From Vicugna vicugna (Eukaryota): 64,000 nt of DNA. Shown here piece by piece: positions 23,301 to 32,764 of this stretch. Location: assembly GCA_013265495.1 (NCBI GenBank), contig MU061578.1, positions 3,855,308 through 3,919,307 of the forward strand. Direction: 5' to 3'. The notes under the pieces were generated by a model that was given only the letters and a program-made list of their open reading frames with translations, did not search any database and was not told where the DNA came from. Made by a program: the position numbers and the translations under genes. Each line of letters starts with the position of its first letter. The stretch's first letter is position 1.

Positions 23301-26300
23301 AGCCTGCAGGAGGTAGCCCCCCCAAACCCCGCCCAGCCCTGTCCACCCCACTCATCTGCACCGTCTCTCTGCAGAGGCCCAGCGCCGGCCCTACTATGCA
23401 GACTACTCACCCACACGCCGCTCCATCCACTCCCTGTGCACCAGCCACTACCTGGATCTCTTTATCACCTTCATCATCGGTGTCAACGTCATCACCATGT
23501 CCATGGAGCACTACAACCAGCCCAAGGTGGGGCTCGCTGCCTGCAGGCCAGTAGCCAGGAGATAACCCCCTGCGGGGCCACTGCCTGGGGAACCGGGGGC
23601 CCCAGGTCTACAGCCATGCCTCAGGCCTCTCCAGGGTTTATGGGGTCCACCGAGGTGTGGCTTGAACAAAGCGTCCTCATTCCTTTAAAACGGGTGGAAA
23701 TTCCCAGAGCCACCTGCTCCAAGGGCCTCCCCGACACCAAGAGAAGTTGGATCCAAAATGTGGGCAGTGGGACTGTGCCCGAGTCCAGCTTCCCAGGCTG
23801 TGAATTCCACAGTCCAGGAAAAGCTAGACTGAGAGAGGGGACTGGGCAGGAGACGTCCTCTGGTAGCATCTCCACCATTCCGTTAAAGACCCCGTCCTCC
23901 CCGGGAGCAGAGAGCCTCTGACTCTTTATGTGAAGCTGACTCATGTGCTGGGCCGGCCCCTGCTCTGGCTGTGGGTGGGGCTGGTCTAGGCAGGGCCAGG
24001 AGTCTGTGCTCTGAGGGACAGGTTCTCCCCACGTGAGGGTTATCCTCAAAATGCTGCGAGGGTAAATGCAGGTGACCCTCCTTGTCCTGGCAAGACCTAC
24101 GTCCAGTAGTGACTGGGTCTCAGAGAGACCTGTCTCATGCGAGGGGAGGTTTCCAAGTCAGCAGAGAAGAGAGATGGGGCAGGGTGGTCAGGGCCCAGGT
24201 ACGGGGTGGGTGGGGCACCCAGTGTGGTTGTTGGAGGAGAGGCGGGGCGGGGGTGGAGGTGCCTCCAAAGCCTGACGCTCCACCCGCAGTCTCTGGACGA
24301 GGCCCTCAAGTACTGTAATTACGTCTTCACCATCGTCTTCGTCTTCGAGGCTGTGCTGAAGCTGGTGGCCTTTGGATTCCGGAGGTTCTTCAAGGACAGG
24401 TGTGTGGGGCAGGGGCGGGTGAGAGCCTCAGCCTGAGGCCCGAAGAGGTAATGGTGCCTTGTAGAGGTGCAGGCCACCCTGTGGTGACACCAGAACAATC
24501 CCAGGGGACAGGGAGGAGAATCCTCTTGCTCTGAAGGGCTGGGGGTGCCGAGGAGGAGGTGGTGGCTGACACTGAGCCTCGCCTGTCCCCCCGGCCCAGA
24601 TGGAACCAGCTAGACCTGGCCATCGTCCTGCTGTCCATCATGGGTATCACCCTGGAGGAGATCGAGATGAACGCAGCACTGCCCATCAACCCCACAATCA
24701 TCCGCATCATGCGTGTGCTTCGAATCGCCCGAGGTATGCTGCCCGCCCATCCTGCCGAGATGCCCCTGGGCAGTCAAGAGGGCTTTGCTGATGGCCAGTT
24801 TGGCATGGGACCTTCAGCGGGGCTCCGCTGTCCACACCCCCACTGCATCCTTCCTTGCCACACACCAATGGACCAGGTGCTGGTGATGGGGAGTGGTCTG
24901 GGTCTGGCCAGCCGTGGAAGGGTCAGACTGGCCTGAGACCCCACTGCCCCCCGCTAATGCTTGGCTCCCGGCCCTAGTGCTGAAGCTGCTCAAGATGGCC
25001 ACTGGCATGCGGGCCCTGCTGGACACGGTGGTTCAGGCGCTGCCCCAGGTAGGTCAGCAGCTCCAGGGCCTGACCCAGGTCTGGCTTCCCTCCTCCCAGG
25101 GTGGGCATCACAGGTGCCCCCGGGAGGATGAGGCTGCAGGGAGGGCCTCACTTGCTGTCAATCACATATCACTCATGCATGTGGTCCGCCGTTCTTGCAG
25201 TAACTGCCTCCTACAGGGAGTATTCAGCTGTGCTGTGAGAGGGGTGGGCCAACTGCCTTCTGGGCCTCAGTCCAGTTTCTCTGGGGAAGACTGATAACCA
25301 GTGCCCACCTCCCCCAGTGCAATTCAGGATGCAGTGGGGTTCAGGCCAAGGGCGGAGCCTGTGGCTTAGGTGGGCTTGCCTGAGTTTGGAGGACCATAGC
25401 CAGGGCTCAAGTATTGGCCAAAGGTCTCTTTTCTCTAGAGCCAGTTGAGGCCCTGCATCCTGTGCCCACAGCCACCACCCCGATCCTTTCTGGCCTCTAG
25501 ACTTGAAAGAATCATTGTCTCATCTCTGCAGTACCCAGTCCTTCCCATCCACCTTACCAGCCAGCCATCCATGTGTCCATTCTTCATGGATCTCTCTCAA
25601 CCAACCATCTATCCACCCAACTGCCCATCCTGTGTTCATCCATCCAGATAGCTGTCTGTTCACTCATCCACCCATGTGTCCACCACCCATCGTCCAGCCC
25701 TGCTGGCCAGCTCTCTGTCCACTAGTCCAGCTGTTCCTACCCAGCCAGCTGCCTCCCAGCCACCTACTCACTCCGACAGCTGCCTGTCCACCCAGCACCC
25801 CATCCACCGACCATCTACTCATCCATGCACTCAGCAGCTCCCCATGCCCTTTGCCTGCAGCCGGTCCTCACTCATCCCTTCAGCAGCATTCCTCAGCCCT
25901 CAGTGCTTCTCTGTGACTGCCTGGTGTCTGTCAGATGGGAGGGGATCAAGGCGGGAAGCCTGGGCCTGGCCACACCCCAGTATACTACCTCGGAGGGCTG
26001 GAGCAGATGCTGGAGAAAAGGGGGAGCAGTCACATCAGGGTCATGGGAGGCGTGTGAGGACGTGGCTCCCTGCCTGGGGTGGAGCCTGAGCACTTGCAGG
26101 GATGGTGGGCGGTGAGTCCACAGGAGGGCCTGGGGCAGGGGTCAGGTGAGGCCTCGCTCAGTCTGCAGAGCTGCAGCCCTCCTCTCGCCATGGGGACCCC
26201 GCAGCTGGAGGCAGGCCCTGCACAGAGTCCACCAGAGTCCCAGGGAGGCCTTCCAGACCCTGAGGGGTGGAGGAGCTGGAGGCAGGGTGGTCCTGGGTGC

Positions 26301-29300
26301 AGGGTGAGCGGAGGAGCCAAGGAGGGGCAGAGGCCAGCAGAGGGGCCTTGGGCGCCAGGCAGGACAGGGAGCCCTGGGGGCCACGGGAGCTTCGGGGCCC
26401 AGGAGGAGGAGTTAAGAGCAGGCATCAAGGCAGTCCCTGGGAACGTGACTCCCCGGCCAGCGCAGTGACTCCCCGGCCAGCTGCGCGCGGTGAGAAGGGT
26501 GGGGAGGGGCCGAGGCCACCCTGACCTCGTTCTACTTCTCTCCTTGTGTAGGTAGGGAACCTCGGCCTGCTTTTCATGCTCCTGTTTTTTATCTATGCTG
26601 CCCTGGGAGTGGAGCTGTTCGGGAGGCTTGGTGAGTGCGCCTGCGCAGTGCCGGCCTCCGTCCCTACCCGCCCTACATGGGATTCGGAAGGTAGAGCTTC
26701 ACGCATGCGCACACAGCCCGCTCACAGCTCGGGGTGCTGCGGGAGGTGGACATGTAAGCAGCTCCTGCAGAAGCGTGGTGCCACACCCGTGACACGCACA
26801 CAGACACGCACACATGTTCCGACTGTGGCCAGGAGGACAGAGCCACGTGTCAGTGCACATGCACACACACGGGTGTCCACCTGAACCCCACCTGGTTGAC
26901 ACGGGACATGCTGCAGCAAGTCCTTCTTAATTATCACGAGGAGTTTCCTTAGACCCCCAGGCCTGAGGCTCTGGCCAGACTGGATGGGACCCGTGGGGAC
27001 CTTTGGTGGCAGCTCAGACCTTGGGGGGCCCCCATTCTTTCCTGTCCAGGTGCCACTGAAGAGGCGCAGTGACTTCCAAGAGTCATTAGTGGGCCTGCCT
27101 GTTAGGTGGTTGAGGTGGCTTAGTAGCTGGTTGTCCAGACCCTGTGACTGAGCACTCTTGGCCCCTGGCTCAGGATCTGGGGCACCTCATGCCCCAGGGT
27201 GGCCCCATCACTGTGCAGAGCCCGAGGGCATGCCAAACCATAGGTGGACCTGGGGAGCTGGCAGTGCTGTCCTCTGGGGCTGAGCAGAGCCAGGCTCACA
27301 CCAAGGGCTTGGCCAGTGCACCCAGACACAGCATGCATTCCCCAAGGCAGACCCCAGGCCTAGGAGGAGCCACCTTAATTTGAAGGGACGTGCCCCCTGA
27401 CCCTTACCTCCTGTAGATGGCTGCATGCCAGGGCCCAAGAGCTAGGCCCCTGCCGCATCCCAGAGGAGCATAACTTCTCCCTGGGGGAGGGGCAGGGCAG
27501 CAGCATGCACCACACCAATGGGCGGGCTACCCGGGTCCCTCCCGGCAGAGTGCAGTGAGGACAACCCCTGTGAGGGCCTGAGCAGACACGCCACCTTCTC
27601 CAACTTCGGTATGGCCTTTCTCACGCTGTTCCGAGTGTCCACGGGGGACAACTGGAATGGGATCATGAAGGTAGCAGCCTGGGCAGTGGGCCGGGAGGTG
27701 GGAGGCGGTGGGGTGGCCCTGGCAGCGGAGAGGGGAGCCTGCCGGCCACCCTCCGTCCACAGGACACGCTTCGGGAGTGCGCACGCGAGGACAAGCACTG
27801 CCTCAGCTACCTGCCAGCCATCTCACCCATCTACTTCGTCACCTTCGTGCTGGTGGCCCAGTTCGTGCTGGTCAATGTGGTGGTGGCTGTGCTCATGAAG
27901 CACCTGGAGGAGAGCAACAAGGAGGCCCGTGAGGATGCCGAGCTGGACGCTGAGCTTGAGCTGGAGATGGCTCAGGGGCCCCCCGCCCGCTCCAGGCCTG
28001 GGGCCCCGCAGAGCCTGGGCACCGGGCCAGACACCCCCAGTCTACTGGTTGTGCGCAAGGTATCCGTCTCTCGGATGCTCTCACTGCCCAACGACAGCTA
28101 CATGTTCCGGCCCGTGGCGCCCGCCGCTGCCGCTCACCCCCAGCCACTGCAGGAGGTGGAGATGGAGACCTACCCAGGCACCTTGGGTACGACCCCTCGC
28201 AGAGGCAGCCTGGTGGGTGGGTAGGCGAGCAGGCAGGCAGGTCGGGGTCATGGGCCTGGTGACAGCTTCACATTACAGGCCTTCCCCAACCCCAGGTCCA
28301 GTCACCTCCACCAACTCGCCACCTGTGGAGTCCTGTGCCTCTCTCCAGGTCCCATCAGCCACAGCCTCCCCAGCCATGACCAGCAACACTCTCCGTGCTC
28401 TGCCCCCTCGGGGTGCAGCCTGCTCCCCCAGCCTCAGCCGGCTGCTCTGCAGACAGGTAGGAGGAGCCCCCGATCCTTAGCCGAGGCCTGAGGGTCTGTG
28501 GGGATTCCTTCCCCATTTGAGGAATGAGTGATGGGGACACTAGGGAAGTGGGTGCCATGTCCCTGGAGCCTGTGATGATGGTACCTGGCCATGGGGACCT
28601 GCATTCCCTCCTCAGGCAGCACCTTGGACCCCAGGAGCCACCAGCAGTGATTTCTCAGACCCTACCTGTACCCACAGACCACCGCCCTGTGGCTTCAGCC
28701 CCTTTCCTTTCCTCCCTCCTCAAGAGTGCCAGGATGGGCTCTTGGTTCACAGGGTGGGGTGGTCGCTGGGGCTCCAGGGGCCTATAGAAGCTTATGTCCA
28801 TAGGAGCTCAGGCCCGAGCCCTCTGCTCCTCACAGCCCCTCCCCAGTTTGACCAGCATGGTGGCTGGATACTGCATGCAGTCTGGGGGACAGTGTACCCA
28901 CACTGGCAGCTCCCAGCCCCTAGTCTTGGGGGTCACAAGCCCACCCTGACCCAGAGGTGGGGAGGTATCTCTGTGCCCCAGCTGCTGCCTGTGCTCTGCC
29001 TGGTCTCACCCGACTTCGTATCCTTGCAGGAGGCCGTGCACACCGAGTCCCTGGAAGGGCAGGTTGACGCCCCCGGGGACAGCAGCCCTGGTTGGGCAGA
29101 GCCTGGCGGGAAGACCCCTGTGAGGCAGGCGTCCCTGGGGGCCTCCTTGCGGTCCCCGCCCCGTTCCCCGAGGCCCGCCAACGTCCGCACCCGCAAGCAC
29201 GCTTTTGGACAGCGTTGCATCTCCAGCCGGCCGCCGGCCCCAGGCGGAGAGGAGGGCGAGGCCCCAGACGCAGCCGACGAGGAGGTCAGCCACATCACCA

Positions 29301-30034
29301 GCTCTGCCCGCAGCCCCTCGGCCTCGCCTGCTGCCCGTGGGGTGGTGGGTGGTGAGCCATCCCGGCACGGGCTCTACAGTGTCGGCGCCCAGGGCTTCCT
29401 GGAACAGCCGGGCCGAGCCGACGAACAGAGGCGGCCCTCAGTGGAGCAAGGCTGCGTAGACGGCTGCCCAGAGGCCGGTGAGGTGACGGCCCGGGCCCAG
29501 GAGGCTGAATTGGCTCTGGGGTCACGCAGGAAGAAGAAGATGAGCCCCCCCTGCATCTCCATAGACCCCCCCGCGGAGGATGAGGGCGCGGCCCGGCCCC
29601 CTGCGGCGGAGGGCAGCAGCACCACCCTGCGGCGGAGAACCCCGTCCTGCGAGGCCGCACCCCACAGGGACCCCCTGGAGCCCATGGACAATGCAGGGGT
29701 GGACGCTGCTCCCAAAGGGGAGCGGTGGGGCCAGGCCCCCTGCCGTGCAGAACACCTGGCCATCCCAAACTTTTCCTTTGAGACACTGGACATGGGGGGC
29801 CCTAGCAGGGGCCTGTTCTTCGACGGCGGCCATGGTGTTGCCGCAGAACCCAGACTTTCATCCTCAGGTGCTACGGCACCTCCGGAACCTCAGCAGACCG
29901 AGCCACCCACTCCACCTGGTGACCCCCCAGGAGAGGGACAAGGGCTTCACCTCACAGTCCCCCAGAGTCCCCTGAAGAAAGGCCCCCCCCCAGCCACCAG
30001 CACCCTGGGTGACAGTGTAGATGAGCCCGTGTAG
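5197..30034 (+). CDS. CACNA1H: Voltage-gated T-type calcium channel Cav3.2 alpha-1H; multi-exon CDS, exons 3-35 (human numbering); exons 1-2 lie upstream of the window
   Basis: Spliced translation gives four 6-TM domains with S4 R/K repeats, the T-type EEDD filter (ITLEGW, LTQEDW, SSKDGW, STGDNW), the SLDGHNVS His motif, a poly-His I-II loop and C-terminus ...DEPV-TAG. All 33 exons join in phase. Splice sites are GT-AG except the AC acceptor of exon 3. Confidence 0.99.
5409..5542 (+). CDS. CACNA1H: CACNA1H exon 4 (AFDDFIF...IVMAG)
   Basis: AG/GT boundaries; 134 nt. Confidence 0.96.
5985..6082 (+). CDS. CACNA1H: CACNA1H exon 5 ([10 protein letters not shown]...INRVP; IS4)
   Basis: AG/GT boundaries; 98 nt. 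Confidence 0.96.
6890..6995 (+). mobile_element. MIR SINE fragment
   Basis: tgtgtgaccctgggcaaattactgtacctctctgagtctcagtttcccc resembles the MIR core. Confidence 0.75.
8226..8385 (+). CDS. CACNA1H: CACNA1H exon 6 (MRILVTLL...DSTFAR)
   Basis: AG/GT boundaries; 160 nt. Confidence 0.96.
8688..9006 (+). CDS. CACNA1H: CACNA1H exon 7 (NSNLSFLRP...IAIFQ)
   Basis: AG/GT boundaries; 319 nt; preceded by a long TC/TG-rich tract. Confidence 0.96.
9135..9227 (+). CDS. CACNA1H: CACNA1H exon 8 (VITLEGW...ILLII)
   Basis: AG/GT boundaries; 93 nt; domain I pore Glu. Confidence 0.96.
10388..11147 (+). CDS. CACNA1H: CACNA1H exon 9 (IS6 and I-II loop, His9 tract at 10736-10762)
   Basis: AG/GT boundaries; 760 nt. 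Confidence 0.96.
12203..12645 (+). CDS. CACNA1H: CACNA1H exon 10 (LGQAPS...EYHEQ)
   Basis: AG/GT boundaries; 443 nt. Confidence 0.96.
13495..13860. repeat. Degenerate (CA/TG)-rich low-complexity tract
   Basis: Many tgcacacat/cacacg variants. Confidence 0.8.
14343..14494 (+). CDS. CACNA1H: CACNA1H exon 11
   Basis: PDELTNALE...IIVVI; AG/GT; 152 nt. Confidence 0.96.
15242..15427 (+). CDS. CACNA1H: CACNA1H exon 12 (IIS4)
   Basis: VWEIIGQ...FIFIF; AG/GT; 186 nt. Confidence 0.96.
16080..16197 (+). CDS. CACNA1H: CACNA1H exon 13
   Basis: ILGMHLFG...VTVFQ; AG/GT; 118 nt. Confidence 0.96.
16490..16645 (+). CDS. CACNA1H: CACNA1H exon 14
   Basis: ILTQEDW...GFQAE; AG/GT; 156 nt. Confidence 0.96.
16830..16920 (+). 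CDS. CACNA1H: CACNA1H exon 15
   Basis: GDANRSD...LRAT; AG/GT; 91 nt. Confidence 0.95.
17068..17276 (+). CDS. CACNA1H: CACNA1H exon 16
   Basis: MKMYSL...DQKPL; AG/GT; 209 nt. Confidence 0.95.
18517..18933 (+). CDS. CACNA1H: CACNA1H exon 17
   Basis: SSLRSSP...DDVED; AG/GT; 417 nt. Confidence 0.95.
19341..19441 (+). CDS. CACNA1H: CACNA1H exon 18
   Basis: SCCSRLQK...SPQNR; AG/GT; 101 nt. Confidence 0.95.
19579..19702 (+). CDS. CACNA1H: CACNA1H exon 19
   Basis: FRISCQK...DPGST; AG/GT; 124 nt. Confidence 0.96.
19781..19849 (+). CDS. CACNA1H: CACNA1H exon 20
   Basis: ERVFLS...EMMVK; AG/GT; 69 nt. Confidence 0.96.
19966..20150 (+). CDS. CACNA1H: CACNA1H exon 21 (IIIS4)
   Basis: VVALGL...LRPLR; AG/GT; 185 nt. 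Confidence 0.96.
20398..20524 (+). CDS. CACNA1H: CACNA1H exon 22
   Basis: VISRAPG...ILGVQ; AG/GT; 127 nt. Confidence 0.96.
20733..20858 (+). CDS. CACNA1H: CACNA1H exon 23
   Basis: LFKGKFYYC...DNLGQ; AG/GT; 126 nt. Confidence 0.96.
21068..21157 (+). CDS. CACNA1H: CACNA1H exon 24
   Basis: ALMSLF..SSKDGW..IDQQ; AG/GT; 90 nt. Confidence 0.96.
21371..21563 (+). CDS. CACNA1H: CACNA1H exon 25 (IIIS6, start of III-IV linker)
   Basis: PVPNHNPW...ERKRR; AG/GT; 193 nt. Confidence 0.96.
22212..22229 (+). CDS. CACNA1H: CACNA1H 18-nt alternative microexon (exon 26; STFPNPE)
   Basis: tgtctttccag|GCACTTTCCCCAACCCAG|gtacc; phase 1-1, frame-preserving. Confidence 0.92.
23375..23526 (+). CDS. CACNA1H: CACNA1H exon 27
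   Basis: AQRRPYY...YNQPK; AG/GT; 152 nt. Confidence 0.96.
24290..24399 (+). CDS. CACNA1H: CACNA1H exon 28
   Basis: SLDEALK...FFKDR; AG/GT; 110 nt. Confidence 0.96.
24600..24733 (+). CDS. CACNA1H: CACNA1H exon 29 (IVS4)
   Basis: WNQLDL...LRIAR; AG/GT; 134 nt. Confidence 0.96.
24978..25048 (+). CDS. CACNA1H: CACNA1H exon 30
   Basis: VLKLLKM...QALPQ; AG/GT; 71 nt. Confidence 0.96.
25540..25830. repeat. Degenerate (CCAT/CCAC)n low-complexity tract
   Basis: Repeated ccatcc/ccaccc/ccagcc motifs. Confidence 0.65.
26552..26630 (+). CDS. CACNA1H: CACNA1H exon 31
   Basis: VGNLGLL...LFGRL; AG/GT; 79 nt. Confidence 0.96.
27549..27670 (+). CDS. CACNA1H: CACNA1H exon 32
   Basis: CSEDNPC..STGDNW..IMK; AG/GT; 122 nt. 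Confidence 0.96.
27763..28186 (+). CDS. CACNA1H: CACNA1H exon 33
   Basis: DTLREC...YPGTL; AG/GT; 424 nt. Confidence 0.94.
28296..28456 (+). CDS. CACNA1H: CACNA1H exon 34
   Basis: GPVTST...LLCRQ; AG/GT; 161 nt. Confidence 0.93.
29030..30034 (+). CDS. CACNA1H: CACNA1H exon 35, coding part
   Basis: EAVHTES...SVDEPV; stop TAG at 30032-30034. Confidence 0.96.
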   Translation, partial: EAVHTESLEGQVDAPGDSSPGWAEPGGKTPVRQASLGASLRSPPRSPRPANVRTRKHAFGQRCISSRPPAPGGEEGEAPDAADEEVSHITSSARSPSASPAARGVVGGEPSRHGLYSVGAQGFLEQPGRADEQRRPSVEQGCVDGCPEAGEVTARAQEAELALGSRRKKKMSPPCISIDPPAEDEGAARPPAAEGSSTTLRRRTPSCEAAPHRDPLEPMDNAGVDAAPKGERWGQAPCRAEHLAIPNFSFETLDMGGPSRGLFFDGGHGVAAEPRLSSSGATAPPEPQQTEPPTPPGDPPGEGQGLHLTVPQSPLKKGPPPATSTLGDSVDEPV

Positions 30035-30799
30035 CTCGAGGTGCAGTACGCACTGGCTTTGGCCCTGGGGTTGGGGTGCACCCAGCAGGGTGGTGGCGCC
30101 AGGCTGGGCCATCCGTGGACCCCAGGTCAGACCCCACCATGGGTAGAGGAGCCGGGTGAGTGTCAGCCCAGTACGCGGGGAGGCAGACGCTGTTCCGGGT
30201 GCAGCGGAGCCTGGGGAGCCCGTGGACTGAAGCCTCCCTCCCGTCCATTCAGGTTTGGGATTTCCGAGTTTGCCGCCCTGCTCTGAGGCCGGGTTGCGGT
30301 CTGGTCATCAGTCCTGTAACAAAAGCTGTGTCCAAGGGACAAGGAGCAGAAAATGACCAAAAGGGGAAAGGCAGAGGCCATCCAGCAGAGCGCGATCCTC
30401 ACATCCACTTATTTTTATAGGGAACACGCTCGGGGCCACTTGTGCCGTCTGGGTGGCGGCTCCATCCCCGAGGCTACGTGGCCACGCTTCACGTCACTCA
30501 CAGTCTGAGTTCTCATCTGTTTGTCTCCACCCCTCATCGCTCCCCTCTGTGCCCACTCCCCACTTCTGTCCCCTTCGGCATTTGGAGAACACCCCTGACT
30601 GGACTCTGGGAAACGGCCGGTCACCAGGGCTTTGGGGACTTTCCAGTGAGACCCCTGCTGCCCGTGGGGAGTTTCAGCTGATACCCCTTGTTTCATTTCA
30701 TTTCTTTTATAAATTCAGGTTAAACGTTGCAATAATATGAAGCAGAATACTCCGCTTCTCAAGTCAAGGGGACTTGGGATTGGGGGCAAAGCAGCGCAG

Positions 30800-30805
30800 A
30801 ATAAA
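30800..30805 (+). terminator. CACNA1H polyadenylation signal AATAAA (paralogous copy at ~50932-50937)
   Basis: gcagAATAAAtattaacttattt, ~770 nt after the stop codon. Confidence 0.8.
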
Positions 30806-31924
30806 TATTAACTTATTTAAGAAAAGCATTGGATTTCCACAGTCAAAATCCATCCCCTGCGTGGGAGAGTGGTGAGCCCGTGGCCTGGACAAGGGTAGAG
30901 TTGGGTGATGCCACCACCTACAGGGCTACGTGGTTCCACAGAGCTCTCCTGTCTCCAGCAGTTCCCCTACTTGGGCAGATCTCAGATACAAAGGCCTCCT
31001 TCCGAGGGGAAAGTCGAGCTCACCTTGGCAGCTGGAACCACGTAACCACATGGTGTCATTCACACGCTGGAGAAATGAAGTGTGCTGCAGTGTAGGCAGA
31101 AGTTTCTCCCGGCAGAGATGGTGCTGGGTGGGCAGAGGGGGACCCCCACTGGGGAGAGCTTCCCCACTGGGCAGTGGCCCAGGGCTGGGGGGCCACCCTG
31201 CTCTCCACTGTCTCCCTGCCCTGACGCTAGACCCACCCTGCGTCCTGCTGGCCTCTTGGCCCAGGGCTCTCATCTGCAGCCCCTCTGGTTAGATCCCCCA
31301 CCCCTTACCCGGGAGAGCAGGAGAAGGGGGCCAGGTCAGGATAGCACTTGTGATCCTTCGAGCTGAACGGTGGCTGTGACCACGGTGGGGGACTGTGCCC
31401 ACACAGAGCTGGTCCAAGATGGGGCCTTCCCTCCACGCAGCACAGCAGGAGCCCGCCGCAGCCAGGAAGTCCTCCTGACCCACCATGGCCGCCTCCGAGC
31501 TAGTCTAGGTGGTGGGAGGTGCCTTCAGGGGCCCTACCTGGCTGAGGCCAGGGCCTATTTGCTCTGACCCAGCTGAGCAGTGAATCCCAGCACAGGGCCC
31601 CAGGGCTGCCCAGCAGGTGTGGGGTGGGGTGCTGGGGCTCCATCTGGTGGATAATGGGGACCTGCAGGAGCTCGAGGTGTAGGCTGTCCCTGCAGAGTGG
31701 GCTTGGGGGACATGGCTGGACTTGAAGCTCTAGGGTTTTCAGACCCTCCTGCATGTGACCTTGGCCTCAGTTCCCACAAGGAGAAGACACTGAGCTGGGC
31801 CAGACCCAGGGCTCTGTACTGTTCTTTCTCCAGGACCAGCATGTGGCCCACCCCCTCCATGCCCATGTCTGGGAAGGGTCATGGATCAAGGGTCAGAGGC
31901 CAGGAGGGTGGGAGAGCCAACTAG

Positions 31925-32251
31925 GCTCTGTGTAGAAGCAGCGATGTGGGCCAGTGACGGCGGCCACAGCCCTCACCCACCTGACCATGACGCCTGCAGC
32001 CAGGTACTGGTCCCTGGCCAACTAAAGGCCCTCTGTGTCACACTGGGTGCAGAGTAAGGTGAGCCCAGGATGCCAGGGAGTCAAGGAGTCTCCTTCCTCC
32101 ACCTTTCTCACCTGGACTAACCTGGCAGGGACCCCAGGGTCCCCAACACTCAGCATGTCCCGCCAATGGGGGCCACCCCCAGGGCCAAGTACTCATGGCT
32201 ACAGGTCTCGGGGGGGGGGCGGGCAGGGGGACTGGTGGGCATGTAGAGTTT
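31925..32251 (-). pseudogene. TPSG1: Decayed gamma-tryptase (TPSG1/PRSS31)-like remnant, last two exons only (32251-32122; 32042-~31925)
   Basis: Minus strand reads ETCSHEY-GPGGGPHWRDMLSVGDPGV-CQ|gt, then ag|CDT-GPLVGQGP-TWLQA-MVRW-EGCGR. TPSG1 reads [59 protein letters not shown]. Multiple frameshifts; syntenic position tail-to-tail with CACNA1H. Confidence 0.75.
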
Positions 32252-32578
32252 CTGGGGGAGGGGACAGGCTGCAGAGAAATAGAGCGACCTGGGTGTGGGA
32301 GCAATGCTTTGAATCTTGACCCCATTTCTGGGACCTGTTGCCTCCTAGAATCACCTAAATGACCTGTGTCGCTTTCTGTGTTACAAAGCCTGATGCCACT
32401 CACCAAAGAGACATAAGCCAGTGTGCTGAGAAGTGAGCCCTGGGCACAACGGGCAGGGGCTGGGGCCATGCCCACAGCAAGGCCTGGGGCTCAGGGGCCG
32501 TGCCCTGACCCCTTCCCTCTCCCTCAGTGACACCTGTAGCCAGAAACACAGCGAACACCATGTCTGCTCACGATGCAC

Positions 32579-32584
32579 TTTAAT
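32579..32584 (-). terminator. Tryptase copy 1 polyA signal ATTAAA
   Basis: Minus strand reads ctcATTAAAgtgcat, the context recalled for tryptase 3' ends. Confidence 0.75.
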
Positions 32585-32764
32585 GAGGATTCGTAATCCC
32601 TGCCTGCACCCTGGCCCAGGCAGGGAGAGGCTCAGGGCAGGTGGGTCAGTGCAGGGGGCAAGGGCATGTGTAGGTAGGGCACCACCCCAGCAGGAAGTAG
32701 TGATATGGGGACAGCAGGGGCCTGACTTCTCCGCCAACCCAGGTGACAGCCCCCAGGACCAGGC

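Noticed and set aside
26445..26481. Short direct repeat gtgactccccggccag x2
   Set aside because: Two copies only; local slippage, not an array or CRISPR.
31560..31700. Minus-strand ag|DSLHLELLQVPIIH, resembling a protease exon
   Set aside because: Similarity is limited to a few residues and is in the wrong order relative to the TPSG1-like exons.
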